A stretch of 64,000 bases of DNA from Hypanus sabinus (Eukaryota), in the NCBI RefSeq assembly GCF_030144855.1, contig NC_082713.1, forward strand, positions 144,956,001 through 145,020,000, given 5' to 3'. Made by a program: the position numbers and the translations under genes. The notes beneath the pieces were generated by a model. It was not told the DNA's origin. It searched no databases and was given only the letters and a program-made list of their open reading frames with translations. How positions within the stretch are numbered: the first letter of the stretch is position 1; every line of letters starts with the position of its first letter. Below are positions 50,546 through 64,000 of the stretch, piece after piece.

Positions 50546-51379
50546 GTGCTGCCAGAGTTTGATACTACAACACCAAGATGCAAACAAAAATCTAATAGAG
50601 TGAAACATCATAAAGTCTACAGCAAACAGAGTGTTTCATCAAAACCAGGTTCTGGGAGAAGGAGTTTTGTTCCTTTGACATTTCTTGGTAATGGAGGGAT
50701 ACCTGTTCAGAAGGAAAACCACAAAGTTGAATTTAGCACCTGTCAGAATGTTAAAACCAGTGGAAAAGTTGCATTCAGAACAAATAAAACATCATTCTTG
50801 GGAAGCAAGAGCCAATGGCGTAAAGTTAACACCTTTGGAAAAGCTCAGAATTTAGATGCACTGGACAAGCAGAAATATAGTCTAAGATCTGCAGCAAAGA
50901 GAAGTTTGGTTGGCAAAAGTACAGCTGGGAATATACCTGTGAAAAGATCTAGTTTCTGCCATCCATTGAATTCAATCAACAAGCAAATGGGAGTAGACTC
51001 AGATGAAACAGAAATTTCACTTTCAGAGCACTCATCTCAGTCATCTGATGAGTTCACTTTACCGCATGTTAGCACTCCCACAGCTGATGGTATGCCCTCA
51101 CCAGCCGCCTTCCAGAAAAATATTTGTAGTGTACTAAGAAATAATGAATTGAATAAACGCAATATAACTCCTCTCCCTTGTGGACTGTTAGATTGCATAG
51201 ACAAGTGTTCTGGACTAAATGACTTTTCTGACAAAGCTACATCAGCAGATGTTTTTGTCCAGGACACACCAGAACATGAATATGGACTCAAAGCAACTTG
51301 GCGAAGACGGCCACATATCATGCAGTACCTGAAAGACCATGGAAAATTGACCAGCACTAATGTGCTTGTTGGCTCTTAA
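50546..51379 (+). CDS. RHNO1: RHNO1 last coding exon
   Basis: CCCCAG|GTG. The exon junction gives TW|VLPEFD (SWVxPxF-type 9-1-1 motif). The C-terminus DVFVQDTPEHEYGLKATWRRRPHIMQYLKDHGKL is characteristic of RHINO. AATAAA at 51852-51857. Confidence 0.93.
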   Translation: MLPEFDTTTPRCKQKSNRVKHHKVYSKQSVSSKPGSGRRSFVPLTFLGNGGIPVQKENHKVEFSTCQNVKTSGKVAFRTNKTSFLGSKSQWRKVNTFGKAQNLDALDKQKYSLRSAAKRSLVGKSTAGNIPVKRSSFCHPLNSINKQMGVDSDETEISLSEHSSQSSDEFTLPHVSTPTADGMPSPAAFQKNICSVLRNNELNKRNITPLPCGLLDCIDKCSGLNDFSDKATSADVFVQDTPEHEYGLKATWRRRPHIMQYLKDHGKLTSTNVLVGS

Positions 51380-54300
51380 AGTTGCATTCTCGGTCTTGTT
51401 TTGTTAATGTAGATTGCAATCTGTGCATTTTAAAAAATTACCACTTGAATTGTGATTAAAACAGTTTATGTGAAGTGAGAATCTGTAGCAGGATTACCCT
51501 TTAAATGGTAGCTGTGAACGTTGCAGTGCAGTTTATTTAAAACTTTCTCAGAGTTCAAAACAACATTTTAATTTACAACTTCTACACCTTGCAGATTTGG
51601 ACAGCGTTGTCCCAGATTCAATTTCAAATGTCTGATGATGAAGTGTTATGTTCAGTTTCGTAAAAAGAAAATTCTCTTTGCCTGATGTCCACTATATTCC
51701 TGTGTTACAGTCCTGTTTTAAATGGTTATCCGGCTGTCTGTTAAAGGAATTTTGTTTTAATTCCAGATTGTTAAAGTAACAGTAATTTGGTCTTCAAGCT
51801 AAGAGCCCTATCAGTAGGTTTAGTCAGTTTCTAAGGAGTATTGATTTTGTCAATAAAACTGCTTGAAATCTGGAAATTGGTAATTTCAAGTAAGCTTCAA
51901 TGTAAGAAATTAAAACATTACTGTACCTGTTTTTTCTAAAATTAATTTTACCATTCCTTTCTATTGAATTATGGTGACACTCGCCAATTTCACACCTCTT
52001 GAATATGTACTTTACATAAATCTTTCACATCAATGTACAGTAAGGTGAAATAAAATTACCAAAATTAAAGTAGAACGTTGTGAATATTTCCCTTTAAAGT
52101 GTTATTCAGAAATGAGTCCAAACAGTGCTTGGTCTTAATCCTTTTAATAAGATGTTTAAATTTGTTTTTGTGGCCTTTCATCTCATTTATTTAAGTTAGT
52201 ATGCAAAATCTAGTATAGGGAAAAGAACAAGGAAATGAGACAGAATTTTACAAATCAGTATAGAATCTGTAGCCAGATTCTCTGATAGTCTGCTGTCAAA
52301 ATTTATGTAATTCAATGCGGATGTACATGTGTTTCTCAATTACTGGTTGTCTGATTTAAAGTGTCATTTTGATTTCTTGCCTTTCTCTTGCTGCTAAATT
52401 GCTGGATATGATAGGTTAATGGGGAATTTTAATTTTACCTTTTATGGTTGAGATCCAGATGTGCTATAGTTTATATAATAGATTCACAAGGATAAAATTT
52501 TGGATACCTTGCAAAAAATCATTAAAAATTCAACATTTTTTCCACTTACTGTTGCTGAGGAAAATTAGCTAACCAGTTCCTACTGAAATAATAGAAAATT
52601 TGCAGTAGGAGGCCCTTTGGTCCATCCTGCCTGACATACCCATTCATTCCATTTTAAACCAAGTGTTCCATTTTAAGCCCTTGCAGATCATGATGTGTAT
52701 TCTTGAAGTACACATCCAGGCATTGTAAATTGCAGTGTGGGTTTCTGTTTTTAACCATATAGTGATTTTTTTTTCTCTACCCACAGAGTATTTCCTCATT
52801 CTTCCTATTTCTTTAAGTCTATGCTCCTACTTTGTTTTTTATGCCTCACTGAAGGGCAAGTGGTCCCTCCTGTTTATCTAATAATGTAGATATACAATAT
52901 TTTAAATTTAAGTATTTCTCTGACTCTTTTGTTATTTAAAGAAAACTCGGACCATCTAATCTTTCCTCAGCTAATGGTTCTTAATGCTGGCAGCATTGTA
53001 AATCTCCTCCTCTTGTCTTTTAAAAAAATATCATGCCTTAGCTAATAGAAAAAGTATCCCATATGTTTCTTTTTAAGCAACTAGCTGTCCTGTTCTATTT
53101 TTTTTTAAAGGATATGTGAACTGACAATACAAGGAACTTGTGTCTCTTAATAACACTCCAAATCTTATCTTGAGTACTATATGTTGCTTGCATTGTGCAG
53201 CACTGCATCAAATTCCATTTGACATGTTTTGGCCAACTGATAAGACTCGCTATATCCGCTAGCTTTCCCCTTCCTTATGGTCAAATATTGTGTTAAGCCT
53301 TGTGGAATCGTACAGGTAACAGCCTGGTAACCATTATCTTTTGGTTCCTTGACTGAGCCAATTTTCTGGACTGCCTTGGATGCCAATGTTCCTTTGCTTT
53401 TTGTGATTGGTAAGATCAATGTAGATATACATCATATGAACTGCCCACATCAAGCTTATTATGAAGGGGAGAAAAAAATGGCAGATGGAGCCTGGTCAGA
53501 AGAGTAGGGAAGTAGAGGCAGAGGTTGTAAAGTGGTAAGTGGAAATACACACACATAACTCTGCATTATTGGTGCCAATACATGCTGTAGCTCTCTGAGT
53601 AAAGTGATGAATGGATTTTGCATGTGTGGCTCAGTCACCGGCTGATAGAATGCAATGTGCCACTGATCCCTTTCCTGTATACAAATTCATTGATAAACAA
53701 GACTTGATCTTTGGTTGTCAGTGTTAGAGGGCTGAAACAACTTGTTGCTGTGCCTCGAAGCTGGGAAGTGAGTGGGACCAGACTAGACTACTCATGTGAC
53801 AACTGATTTGCTTCCACTTGGTGTCTCAGCATAGCACATATTGACAGCTTATGAATGTGAAGAAAATAATGAAAAAATAAAAAATTCATAGAATATGCAC
53901 GTATATTTTGCTGCAGCATATTACTCACTAACCATTATTGAATGGGTGGATTATTAAGAGATATTACCACTTGAAAGTACACATTTCAACGTAACAACAT
54001 AGTCTTTATTGATTTTGTACCTCACCTGAACAATACCCTAAATGCCATCTGCCTTCATCTGTTCCCATCGTTTACTTCTGTTGCTCTCCAAAGTCATGCA
54101 GTTCATGGTCCAGCAAATTGTGAACTTTTTCAATCCTGTTTTTAATCTCTTGCACTTCATTTTGCATAATTGTTCCTGGACTATCACAAATTTGTTTCTG
54201 CATACTCTCTTCCCATCTTTATGGTCTTTAAGCTCTTTTAACATTTTTGTGGTAATAAACCAGATTCTTTCAACTATGTTGTCATATTCTCATTTCAGAC

Positions 54301-54684
54301 AGTTGAACTTGTATCCTCCCCATTTCCACACATTTCTCCAGTATGCAGCCTAAATCATATATGCTTTTAAATATATGGTCTCAGTAAGGTATATATAAGC
54401 TATAGAAGTATATAAGTATATATAAGCTATAGAAACTCAATGTTAATGTATCTTTGCCATAAAACAGTATTTTGTACTTTTTTTAAAAAGATTAACTGTT
54501 TTCACTTAAGCCACATTCTGCAGAAAATAGAAAAACAACTTTATAGATAACAGCTGTGATTCATGACAAATAGCCAATTCACCACAGTCAACTACAATAA
54601 AGCCAGTTACATAAATCAGACTACATCTGAATACGGAGCTCTATTTTAGGCAATGCAACTCAGCTTGAGGTGGAGGAGCTGCTA

Positions 54685-55545
54685 CAAATGATACAAATAC
54701 AATACAATACAAATACTTTATTGTCACCAAACAATTGATACTAGAGCGTACAATCATCACAGTGATATGTTTTTGTGCTTTGTGCCCCCTGAAGTACAAA
54801 TCAAAGTAAATATAATAAAAATTTAAATTATAAATCACAATTAGAAAACAAAAAAGGGAAAGTACGGTAGTGCAAGTCAGGTCCAGATATTTGGAAGATA
54901 CGGTCCAGATCCAGGTCAGGATCCGTTCAGCAGTCTTATCACAGTTGGAAAGAAGCTGTTCCCAAATCTGGCCGTACATATCTTAATGCTCCTGAATCTT
55001 CTCCCGGAGGGAAGTGGGACAAAAAGTGTGTTGGCTGGGTGGGACTTATTCTTGATTATCCTGACAGTACTGCTGCGACAGCGTGTGGTGTAAAGTGAGT
55101 CCAAGGATGGAAGATTGGTTTGTGTGATGTGCTGGGCTGTGTTCACGATCTTCTGCAGCTTCTTCCGATCTTGAACAGGACAACTTCCATACCAGGTTGT
55201 TATGCACCCTAGAAGAATGCTTTCTACGGTGCACCTATAAAAATCAGTGAGGGTTTTAGGGGACAGGCCAAATTTCTTCAGCTTTCTCAGGAAGTAAAGG
55301 CACTGGTGGGCCTTCTTGGCAGTGGACTCTGCTTGGTTAGACCAAGTCAGGTCATTTGTGATATTCACCCCGAGGAACTTAAAGCTTTTGACCTGTTCCA
55401 CCTGTGCACCACCGAAGTAGATGGGGTTGTGCGGTCCGCTACTCCTCCTGAAGTCAACAACCAATCACTTCGTCTTGCTGACGTTGAGGGATAGGTTATT
55501 GTCTTTGCACCATGCCACCAGGTTCTTAATTTCCTCTCTGTACTA
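54685..55545 (-). mobile_element. Young Rex1/Babar-type LINE 3' fragment
   Basis: Open ORF 54916-55464 (VVDFRR; FKFLGVNITNDLTW; FYRCTVESIL; LPSGRRFRS; SFFPTVIRLLN) and a (TGTAT)n tail. Confidence 0.9.
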
Positions 55546-56637
55546 AGGATAATCCTGAACAAGGAGTGGTATAGCACAAGTTAATTTCACTTATACCAGG
55601 TCTAAGTTATGAGGAGTAGTGTAAGTCAGTCTTCTTGCTTGGAAGCAGGCCTTTTGGCCCAAATTGTCCATATCAACTGTGTAACCCATTGAGCTGATAC
55701 TGTCTGCTGCATTTGTCCAATGGTTCTCTAAACCTCTCCTATCCATGTACTTTAAATAGATTGTTTTTAAATGTTGCTAATACACCTGCCATTCATTCCA
55801 AATAAACACCACTGATCTTAAACCTACGCACCCCCCTTATTTTTAATACCTCTTCCCTGGGAAAGGAGGAGGTGTTAAAAACAATGTGCTTTCACCATAT
55901 CTATGACCCTCATTATCTCTCTATCAAGTCACCCCCCCCCCCCCATAACCTATGTTCCAGGGAATAAAATCCTAATCAACAACCTCTCTTTGTAATTCAG
56001 GCCCCCAATTCCAGGCAACATTCTGGTAAATATTTTCTGCACTCTTTCTAGTTTACAGCCTCTTTTCTATAACAGGGAGATCAAAACTGTTCACAATACT
56101 GTAAGAGAGGCCCTATATATCTGCAACGTAATATTCCAACTCCTGTTCTCAATCCACCGACCGATGTGCCAAATGACGACATCTCCACTGTCTCCACCTG
56201 AGACGCCATTTTCAGCAAGCTACTTGCACCCTAGACCCTAAAATTCAATGTATAAGTCCTACCCTGGTTTGATCTTCCAACAGGCAATACCTCAAGTACC
56301 TATTATATCTTCCCCCCCACCTTAAAAATATGTTCATTAGTTCTTGATTCCCCAATCCTGATGAAAAGACTGAGCACGTTCAACCCTATCTATACCCATC
56401 ATAATTTTATACATCTCTAAGATTACTTCTCAGTCTCCTATACTCCAAGGAATAAAGTCTCAAACTTATTAACCTCTCCCTGGAGACTTAACTCTTTAAT
56501 ACACTTTAAGACATCAAATATCTCCTCATTGCTAATTCATATGTGGTCCAAAGCATCTTTACTTATTTCCTCCATTTTCTGCGTTCTTCTCCTTTACACT
56601 ACAGTAAAAGCTGAAGAGGTATATTCATTAAGCTCTG

Positions 56638-57283
56638 TTCAGAATCAGAATCAGGTTTATTATTACCAGCATGTGATGTGAAATTTGTTAACTTAGCAGC
56701 AGCAGTTCAATGCAATACATAGTCTAGCAAAGAGAAAAAAAAATAATACATAATAAATAAGTAAATCAATTATGTATATTGAATAGATTATTTAAACTGT
56801 GCAAAAACAGAAATACTGTATATTAAAAAACGTGAGGTAGTGTCCAAAGCTTCAAAGTCCATTCAGGAATCAGATGGCAGAGGGGGAAAAGCTGTTCCTG
56901 AATTGCTGAGTGTGTGTCTTCAGGCTTCTGTACCTCCTACCTGATGGTACCAGTGAGAAAAGGGCATGCCTTGGGTGCTGGAGGTCTTTAATAATGGACG
57001 TTGTCTTTTTGAGACACCGCTCCCTGAAGATGTCCTGGGTACTTTGTAGGCTAGTGCCCAAGATGGAGCTGACCAGATTTGCAACCTTCTGCAGCTTCTT
57101 TTCAGTCCTGTGCAGTAGCCCCTCCATACCAGACAGTGATGCAGCCTGTCAGAATGCTCTTCACGGTATATCTACAGAAGTTTTTGAATGTATTTGTTGA
57201 CGTGCCAAATCTCTTCAAACTCCTAATAAAGTATAGCCGCTGTCTTGCCTTCTTTATGACTACATCAATGTGTTGGGACCAGT
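56638..57283 (-). mobile_element. Rex1/Babar-type LINE 3' fragment
   Basis: KKARQRLYFIRSL; IKDLQHPRHALF; (ATTCTG)n tail. Confidence 0.85.
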
Positions 57284-60200
57284 TGACCAATGTGGTTAAC
57301 TGCAGATTTTGGTGGCACTCAATGGACTCAAGGCCTCTGGCCGCGGAGTCACCTGTTTTACAGCCACCGGGAAAGAGGCATCTGAGCTGGTGTGTTCCAC
57401 TGGGGGCAGCATGGCCCAGCATCTGGGCATCTGGACTGGCATTGGTGCTGCCTGCCCCCCTCCCCACAGTGTTTACTCGGCAGAAGACAAGTTCTTTCGT
57501 GGTCAATTCAATTGAAGATTTCAATGGACTGAAGGATCTGGACTATGCACAACTATATTTTGCCTGCTTGTATTGTACTGATAGTCTGTATGTGCTTGTT
57601 ATTTTGTATACGCAAGGACTGGGCCCCAAGCCGTGGTGTCACCAAGGGTTTGGAGGGGTGGAGGCGGGTGCACTCCACCATGGGTGGTGTGTAGTGCCCA
57701 TTGGGCTGGAGTTGGTGCTGCCCCCCAGCGCTCACTCAGTGGGAGACAAGCTCTATTGTAGTCGACATTGGATTAATGTCGTGAGTTTTGGACTCTTATT
57801 ACGTGATTGTGATACCATTTGTGCTTGCTATCTTGTGTGTGCTTTGTGCTATGTGTGACTGTTTTGCACATTGGCCCCAATTAACATTGTTTCATTGGGC
57901 TGTATTTTTGAGTGTTCATATGTGGTTGAATGACAATTAAGCTTGAATTGAATTGAATTAAAAATTAAAAATTAAAAAATTGAATTAAATTCCATTTCCT
58001 CTGGTTTCACACAAAGATGGCCATATTGGTCTTTAAAGAGGTCCATATTCTCTCCTTTGCCACTAATTTACTTAAAATATGCCTACAGAATCTATTGGGA
58101 TTTTGTTCAATTTGATAGCCAGATCCTTCTTATATCCTTTTTTAGACCTTACTTTGACTTTTATCCCAGGATACCACAGAAAATGATGGAAAACAAGCAA
58201 CATTTGTGAAGACGGGGAGGGGGGACATGAAATAACACTGTGGGCAACTGGTAGGAAAATCCCTAAGTGTTTTATAAATCTATTAAGGGTGAAAGATAAC
58301 TAGGTAAAGTGTAGGACCTATTAGTGGAAATTGTGCACAAAGCCTGAGGAAGTAGTAGTGGTTTCTGAATGGACAACTTTTTTATTATTGTGTATAGCAA
58401 TGTACTGCTGCAGCAAAATAACATATTTCATGACAGATGCCAGTGATATTAAAGCTGACTCAGGTCTTAAATGAATATTCATCCTATATTCAGTGTGAAG
58501 AAGAAGAAGAAGAAGATGGTTGTTGGAGAAGTCAGTGAGGAGGGTGCTGAAATTCTGGAACAAAATACCATTATGAAGGTATTTTATTCAAGATTCATTC
58601 TAAGTACACTCCAATGTTATATCTATACCCCCTTGTTTTAATACCTCCTCCCTGGGACCATATCAATGTCCCTCATGATCTCTCTATCACAGGGGTTTCC
58701 AAACTGGGTCCACAAACCCCTTGCTTAAGGGGTATTGGTCCATGGTCACCCCTCAATCTCCTATGTTTCAGGGAAAACAGTCCTAATTCACACAAAGTAG
58801 GCCTGAGCATTACGTATGCTTCCTTTTCTTTCCTGACTAATTTTAGGACCTCAGGTCATCCAAGGTTCTCTTCCTTTACCATCTTTGTCCTTACTGGAAT
58901 GTGCCAATCTTGAACTCTGTTCAGCTCGTCTTTAAACATACGCCAACTTGTCTGACAGCAGATGCTTCCAAACAATTTCCTTTAGCTGCTCTCTTACTCT
59001 GTCATAATCTGTTCTTCCTGAATTTGGTAACTTTCCACAAGATTCAATTTTATCCTTTCTCATTCCTATCTTAAAACATAATGAATTGTGGTTACTATTT
59101 CCAAAATGTTCACACATTATCAGGTCTGTTACCTATCCTGGCTCACTTGCCAAAACTAGATCCAGTATGTTCTCTCCTCTAGCTTGACTCTCCACATACC
59201 ATTTCAAGAACCTCTCTTGGTGCATGAAGAAATCCCGCCCCATCAATGCTTCTTTCATTAAGGAAGTCCCAATCAATACCCATGAAGTTAAAATCCACCC
59301 CCCTCCTCTATGACAACCCTGTGGTTTCTACAGTTTCCATAAAATTCAAAAACTCTAAGTTCAAAGTAAAATTTATTATCCGAGTACATACATGTCACCA
59401 CTTACAACCCTGAGATTCTTTTTCCTATGGGCATACTTAGCAAATCTATAGAACTCAGCTGAAGATAGAATCAATGAACAACAAACTGTGCAAATACAAA
59501 TATAAATAGCATTAAATAACGAGTATGAATTAACAAGATGAAGAGGCTTTAAAATGAGACCAACGGTTGTGGGAACACCAGAGATAGAATGAGTGTAGTT
59601 ATCCTCTTTTGTTCGGAGCCAGATGGTTGAGGGGTAGTAACTATTCTTGAACCTGGTGGTGCAAGTTCTGAGGTACTTATACCTTCTACCTGATGTCAGC
59701 AGTGAAATGGGCATGGCTTGGATGGTGAGAATCTTTGATGTAGGATGCTGCATATCAGTTCTCCCAAATCTTGGTAGTGATTGGGAGACTGATAGTATAT
59801 TCATATCAGGCTAATTCCACCTCCACTAAAATTAACTCTGTAGATGAACTCTCTGAATATTGCTGTGCTGTTCTTCCTTGTCAATAGTGCAATACCTCCA
59901 CCTCTAAAACAACAAAACCCAAGAATGTTCAGCAATTAATCTTGCCCCTCACACATCCACGTCCCTATAATGGCAACAACATCATAATTCCATGTACTGA
60001 TCCAGGATCTAAGTTGGTGTTCAAATTTAAGTTTATCATCACTTCAACGACTCACATGTACACTGTCAAACAAAACTATGTTCCTCCAGACTAAGGTGCA
60101 CAACACACTATATACTGTACAAGTCATAGACAACATATAAAGTAATATTACCACAACTACGAAAATGTTCACACACCAGTTCTTATTAACATAGATACAC

Positions 60201-60299
60201 GGTCTTCCTTTACAGGTCTTACCAGAGGACCTGGGACTTCTGGCCATCCAATTAAAGATAAAACCAGTAGCTGGATGGCCACTTTAGAGGTGGTATTCT

Positions 60300-60700
60300 G
60301 GAGCCATGTTTCCATCAGGATGAATGTGTAGAGGTCCTCCTTATCCATACTGCCCCTACCGTTGAAATAAACACATTTTGGCCATGTTTATTAGCCATGC
60401 TGTTCATCTTTTCCATCTTACTTGTCACACCATCTTTCTTGCCCTCAATCCCATTTATTGACTTGCTGCTGTGATTCCCATTCCTCTTGCCACTCCAGTT
60501 TAAACACTCCTTAATAGCACTGGCAAAACTCACTTTAAGGTTATTGGTTTCCCTGCAGCTCAGATGCAAACCATCTTGTTTGTACAGATGCCACCTGCCC
60601 TGGAAGAGAGCGCAGGGATCCATAAATCCAAAGCCCTCCTTCCTGCACCATCACATAGTGAACTGCACAACATATCTATTTCTCACCTCACTGACCTGTG
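60300..60700 (-). mobile_element. CR1 ORF1 (SGNH esterase-like) remnant
   Basis: LFQGRWHLYKQDGLHL contains the DxxH block typical of CR1 ORF1 esterase domains. Confidence 0.7.
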
Positions 60701-60704
60701 GCAA

Positions 60705-61427
60705 GATCAGAATCAGAATCAGAATCAGACTTTAATTGCCAAGTACCTGTACACATACAAGGAATTTACTTCCGGCAGATGTTGTCTCTCTGCTCATAAC
60801 AGATGATAAATATAAATGAAAATATAGATTATACATACAAGTAGTGCAATCCAAGTAATAGTTAGCCGACAGTTAACCGGCAGTTAACTGTTCAGCAAAG
60901 TGACTGCAGTAGGGAAAAAACTTCTCCAGTGCCTATTAGTCTTAGTCTGGAGGGATCTGAAGCGCCTACCAGACGGAAGCAGTTCAAACAGTCCGTGCGC
61001 AGGATGGAAGGAGTCCTTTATGATGTTCCCCGCCCTCTTCTTCAACCTGGAAGAGTACAGGTCCACAATAGAGGGCAGGGAGGCTCCAATGATGCACTCG
61101 GCAGTCCTCACTGTGCGCTGTGGTCTGGTTCTATCCTGCTTGGTGGCGGCTCCAAACCACACAGTGATGGAGGTGCACAGGACAGACTCAATGACTGCAG
61201 TATAGAACTGCAGCAGCAATTCCTGAGGCAGACCATATTTCCTCAAGAGCCGCAGGAAGTACATCCGCTGCTGGGCCTTCTTCAGGATGGAGCTGATGTT
61301 CTGCTCCCACTTCAGATCCTGAGAGATGGTGGTTCCCAGGAACCTGAAGTTCTCCACGGTGAACACAGGGCTGCCGAGGACTGTGAGGGTGGACATAACG
61401 GGGGGATGTCTCCTGAAATCCACCTGA
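60705..61427 (-). mobile_element. Young Rex1/Babar-type LINE 3' fragment
   Basis: Open ORF 60884-61423 (DFRR; FRFLGTTISQDLKW; KKAQQRMYFLR; LLPSGRRFRS) and an (ATTCTG)n tail at about 60705-60730. Confidence 0.9.
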
Positions 61428-62339
61428 AACCCGAGATTCCACCTACCACCCTAAAATCATTTTGCAGGACCTCACCTCTGCTTTTTCTTATATTATTGGT
61501 ATAATATCTTGCTGATGCCATCAGGTAGAAGGTACAGGAGATTCAGTACTCACACCACCAGGTTCAAGAACAGTTATTACCCATCAACCATCAGGCTCTT
61601 GAGCCAAAGGGGATAACTTCACTTACCCTATCATTGAGATGTTCTGATAACCTATGGACTCACTTTTAAGGACTCTTCATCTTTTGTTCTCAGTATTTAC
61701 TGCTTATTCAATATTATTATTTCATTATTTTTGTATTTGTCTATTTTGGTTTTTTTTGGACACTGGTTAAACACCCTAGTTGGTGCAGTCTTCATTGATT
61801 CTAATATGGATTTATTGCGTATGCCCACAAGAAAATTAATCTCACGGTTGTATATGGTGACATATATGTATTTTTATAAGAAATTTACTTTGCCTTAAAG
61901 GGAGAGGGTGGGAGATTCAGAGGAGATTTGAGGAAACTTTTTTTTTATCACCCGGAGGATGATCGAAATTTAAAACACGTTGTCTGAGGGACTGGAGGTG
62001 CGAAGCACTCTCACAACTTTTAAGGAATATTTACATGACCATTTGAAATGCCATGACGTGGAAGGCACTAGAAAATGGGATTAGTATAGTATTTGACAGT
62101 TTGCCTAAACACAGTGGGGAAGAGTATTTGTTTCCATGATGTTTGACGCTATGAGTTTAAAAGAAGTTACTCTCTAATCTTCTCATTTAATTTCTACTGG
62201 CAGGGTACAGAAGACTGAGAGAGGGTGGTTTAACTTCTCAAAATGCGGTTAGAGAGATTCCAGTTCATTTTTCAATGGCGAGAAAATGCAAACCAATTGA
62301 GCATTATTTTAGTATTAATTACACCAGTAAGGAGTGAAA

Positions 62340-63000
62340 TCAGTCGACACCATGATGCTCATCTAGTTTACCAAACATCTGCATCGACCCGACTGCGAGA
62401 CACTCGGCCAGAAGGCAGACAGACAGTCTGCACGTAGCAGCCCGGTGGCCGAATACTCCCAACCGCAGTGTGGGCGTGGGCGGGGAACAAAACGATCAGG
62501 ATAAGCATGGCAGACTGCCAGACTGCCAGACAGCCCTAAGGCGCTAGTGATTTCAGGAGCTGCGTGGTAACTTTCGGTTACGTTATCAAGAGATTGCTTG
62601 AAAACTCCCCTTCCATAGGAAAACGGCACGAATCAACAGTTATGGAAAGAGATGACGTGTTGGGTGGGTAGACGGAGGGGGCCAATGGGAATGGTGTTTG
62701 TTGGACGGTGTGTTGCTACGGCCGGAGCTCCAGTCCCGGAGTGAGTTGGCGTTGAGTGACGGAGTCGGGAGCGGGAGACGGGAGCTACCGCCGACACCAT
62801 AGCAACGGCGCCGAAAGATGTCCTATTACAGTGTGAGGTAGGATGAGAAAGGCTGGGGAAACTGTGTAGAGACAGGAGGAGCGTTGCTCAGCTGTGTATT
62901 CCAGGCTCTCACTTCTGGTGGGTTGGCACCGGGGTCTGACTCTCCCAATATTTCATCATGTGTGGGGTCGCGGCACCTTGGGCGATAAATAATAGTTGAG
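62340..63000 (+). promoter_or_regulatory. CpG-island promoter (probable TULP3)
   Basis: CpG-rich. Contains CCAAT near 62682, a GGGCGG box, a TGACGT half-CRE and X-box half-sites GTTGCTAC (about 62712) and CCATAGCAAC (62797-62806). Confidence 0.7.
62818..62837 (+). CDS. TULP3: Probable TULP3 first coding exon (MSYYSV-R)
   Basis: AAGATGTCC...GTGAG|GTAGGA at the 3' end of a CpG island, with a phase-2 donor. Identity is inferred mainly from the conserved gene order RHNO1-TULP3. Only 20 coding nt are visible. Confidence 0.55.
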
Positions 63001-64000
63001 TTCCTAGGAAGATGTGGACTTTATTGTGCGTGCAATATTTCTGATTGCAACAAATACACTTAATGAAGCGATGCGGCTTTTAGGGTGAAATTATTTTGAT
63101 GGATAAGTGCCATTTATGACGGGTGTGGGTGCAGATGGGATCATTTCCTCTTTCCGTTTATCGTTGTGCTTTCCAGTAGTTTTCCAAAAAGAAGACAGCT
63201 GTATTGTTACTTAAGTTCATTCATTCGGCTCATTGTGAAAAAAATAATCTGTTCATGCAAATATAATCGATCTTTACAAAAGTAGCCTATCATGGAAACA
63301 CTTTACACGTGCGTTTTATATATACATAGTAGTCTTTCAAAAGTATATAATAAATGGCTGTCTTGTAGATCAGCTGCCGTTCAAAGCATTGCAAATTTGA
63401 CCTTTTTTATGTTTATAATTTGGTCAATCAAATTGTAGAGTTAAGGGAACAGAGCTACCTATTAAGTTTTATGCTGTTAAAGCGTAAATAGCTGCAGAAC
63501 TCAAGATACAATTTTTTTCCTGTTAGCATTCCCATCGTTATTTTTGTTTAGTAGTTTCTGTCCAGTAGTTTTTCAAATTTATCCAGAGTTGATCTTTTTA
63601 ATTGCATTCAGTAAAGAACAATGATGCTTCCCCTTAAATAATATTTTTGCCTGGCCACTTGCTTGTTGTAATAGCATTTGAATGGGAAAAGTACTTAAAC
63701 CTTGTTCATGTTACTGTCATGTCATAACCTGGATTATTTAAGATTGTGAACCAATAAAATCAATTTCCATATGTGGTGACAGAATTACAGCTGATGTCAC
63801 AGTGATCATAAAGCTCTGATATCTTGTGAAATCATAAAGCAACTTTTAGGGTAAAAACAAGCACAAAGAAAACAATGCCTTTAATTACTAGTTTACAGTT
63901 TTAAGTTACTTTAATCTTACAGTTCTCATCCCTGCTTTCTGGTCTTTCCATTGTCCTACTCTCCCTATATGTACGTAATCTCCCATTTGAAATCAACCCT

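Noticed and set aside
57079-57858. 259-aa ORF
   Set aside because: A chance read-through across the antisense strand of a LINE and an adjacent non-coding repeat, with a TTG start.
54916-61423. Two intact ~180-aa paralogous ORFs as host genes
   Set aside because: Both are C-terminal ends of 5'-truncated Rex1/Babar-type LINE ORF2, followed by family 3' UTRs and microsatellite tails.

Overview
This is eukaryotic vertebrate DNA. The CR1, Rex-Babar, Penelope and V-SINE repeat content suggests a cartilaginous fish, probably a ray (inference). The window holds the syntenic block known from human 12p13.33: TEX52 (-), FOXM1 (-), RHNO1 (+, head-to-head with FOXM1 across a CpG-island promoter) and a probable first exon of TULP3 (+). 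I reconstructed FOXM1 as 8 coding exons with consistent phases: 39461-40094, 24579-24724, 23869-24027, 22491-22619, 21551-21619, 20008-20065, 18454-18650 and 11526-12377. This gives 747 aa, or 724 aa without the 69-nt cassette exon. RHNO1 has 2 coding exons (49915-50079, 50546-51379; 332 aa). TEX52 has at least 2 coding exons. Introns and intergenic DNA are dense with decayed retroelements (CR1, Rex1/Babar, L1, Penelope, SINEs, solo LTRs) and DNA-transposon MITEs, often nested. Most short ORFs in the ORF track are TE debris or noise. I found no convincing wholly new biological system. The best leads are regulatory or evolutionary: a FOXM1 exon Va-like cassette, a GC-AG last intron, uORFs on both genes of the bidirectional pair, paired Pumilio elements at two candidate poly(A) sites, a compound mariner MITE, a structured mini-LTR, and non-autonomous elements that borrow LINE tails.
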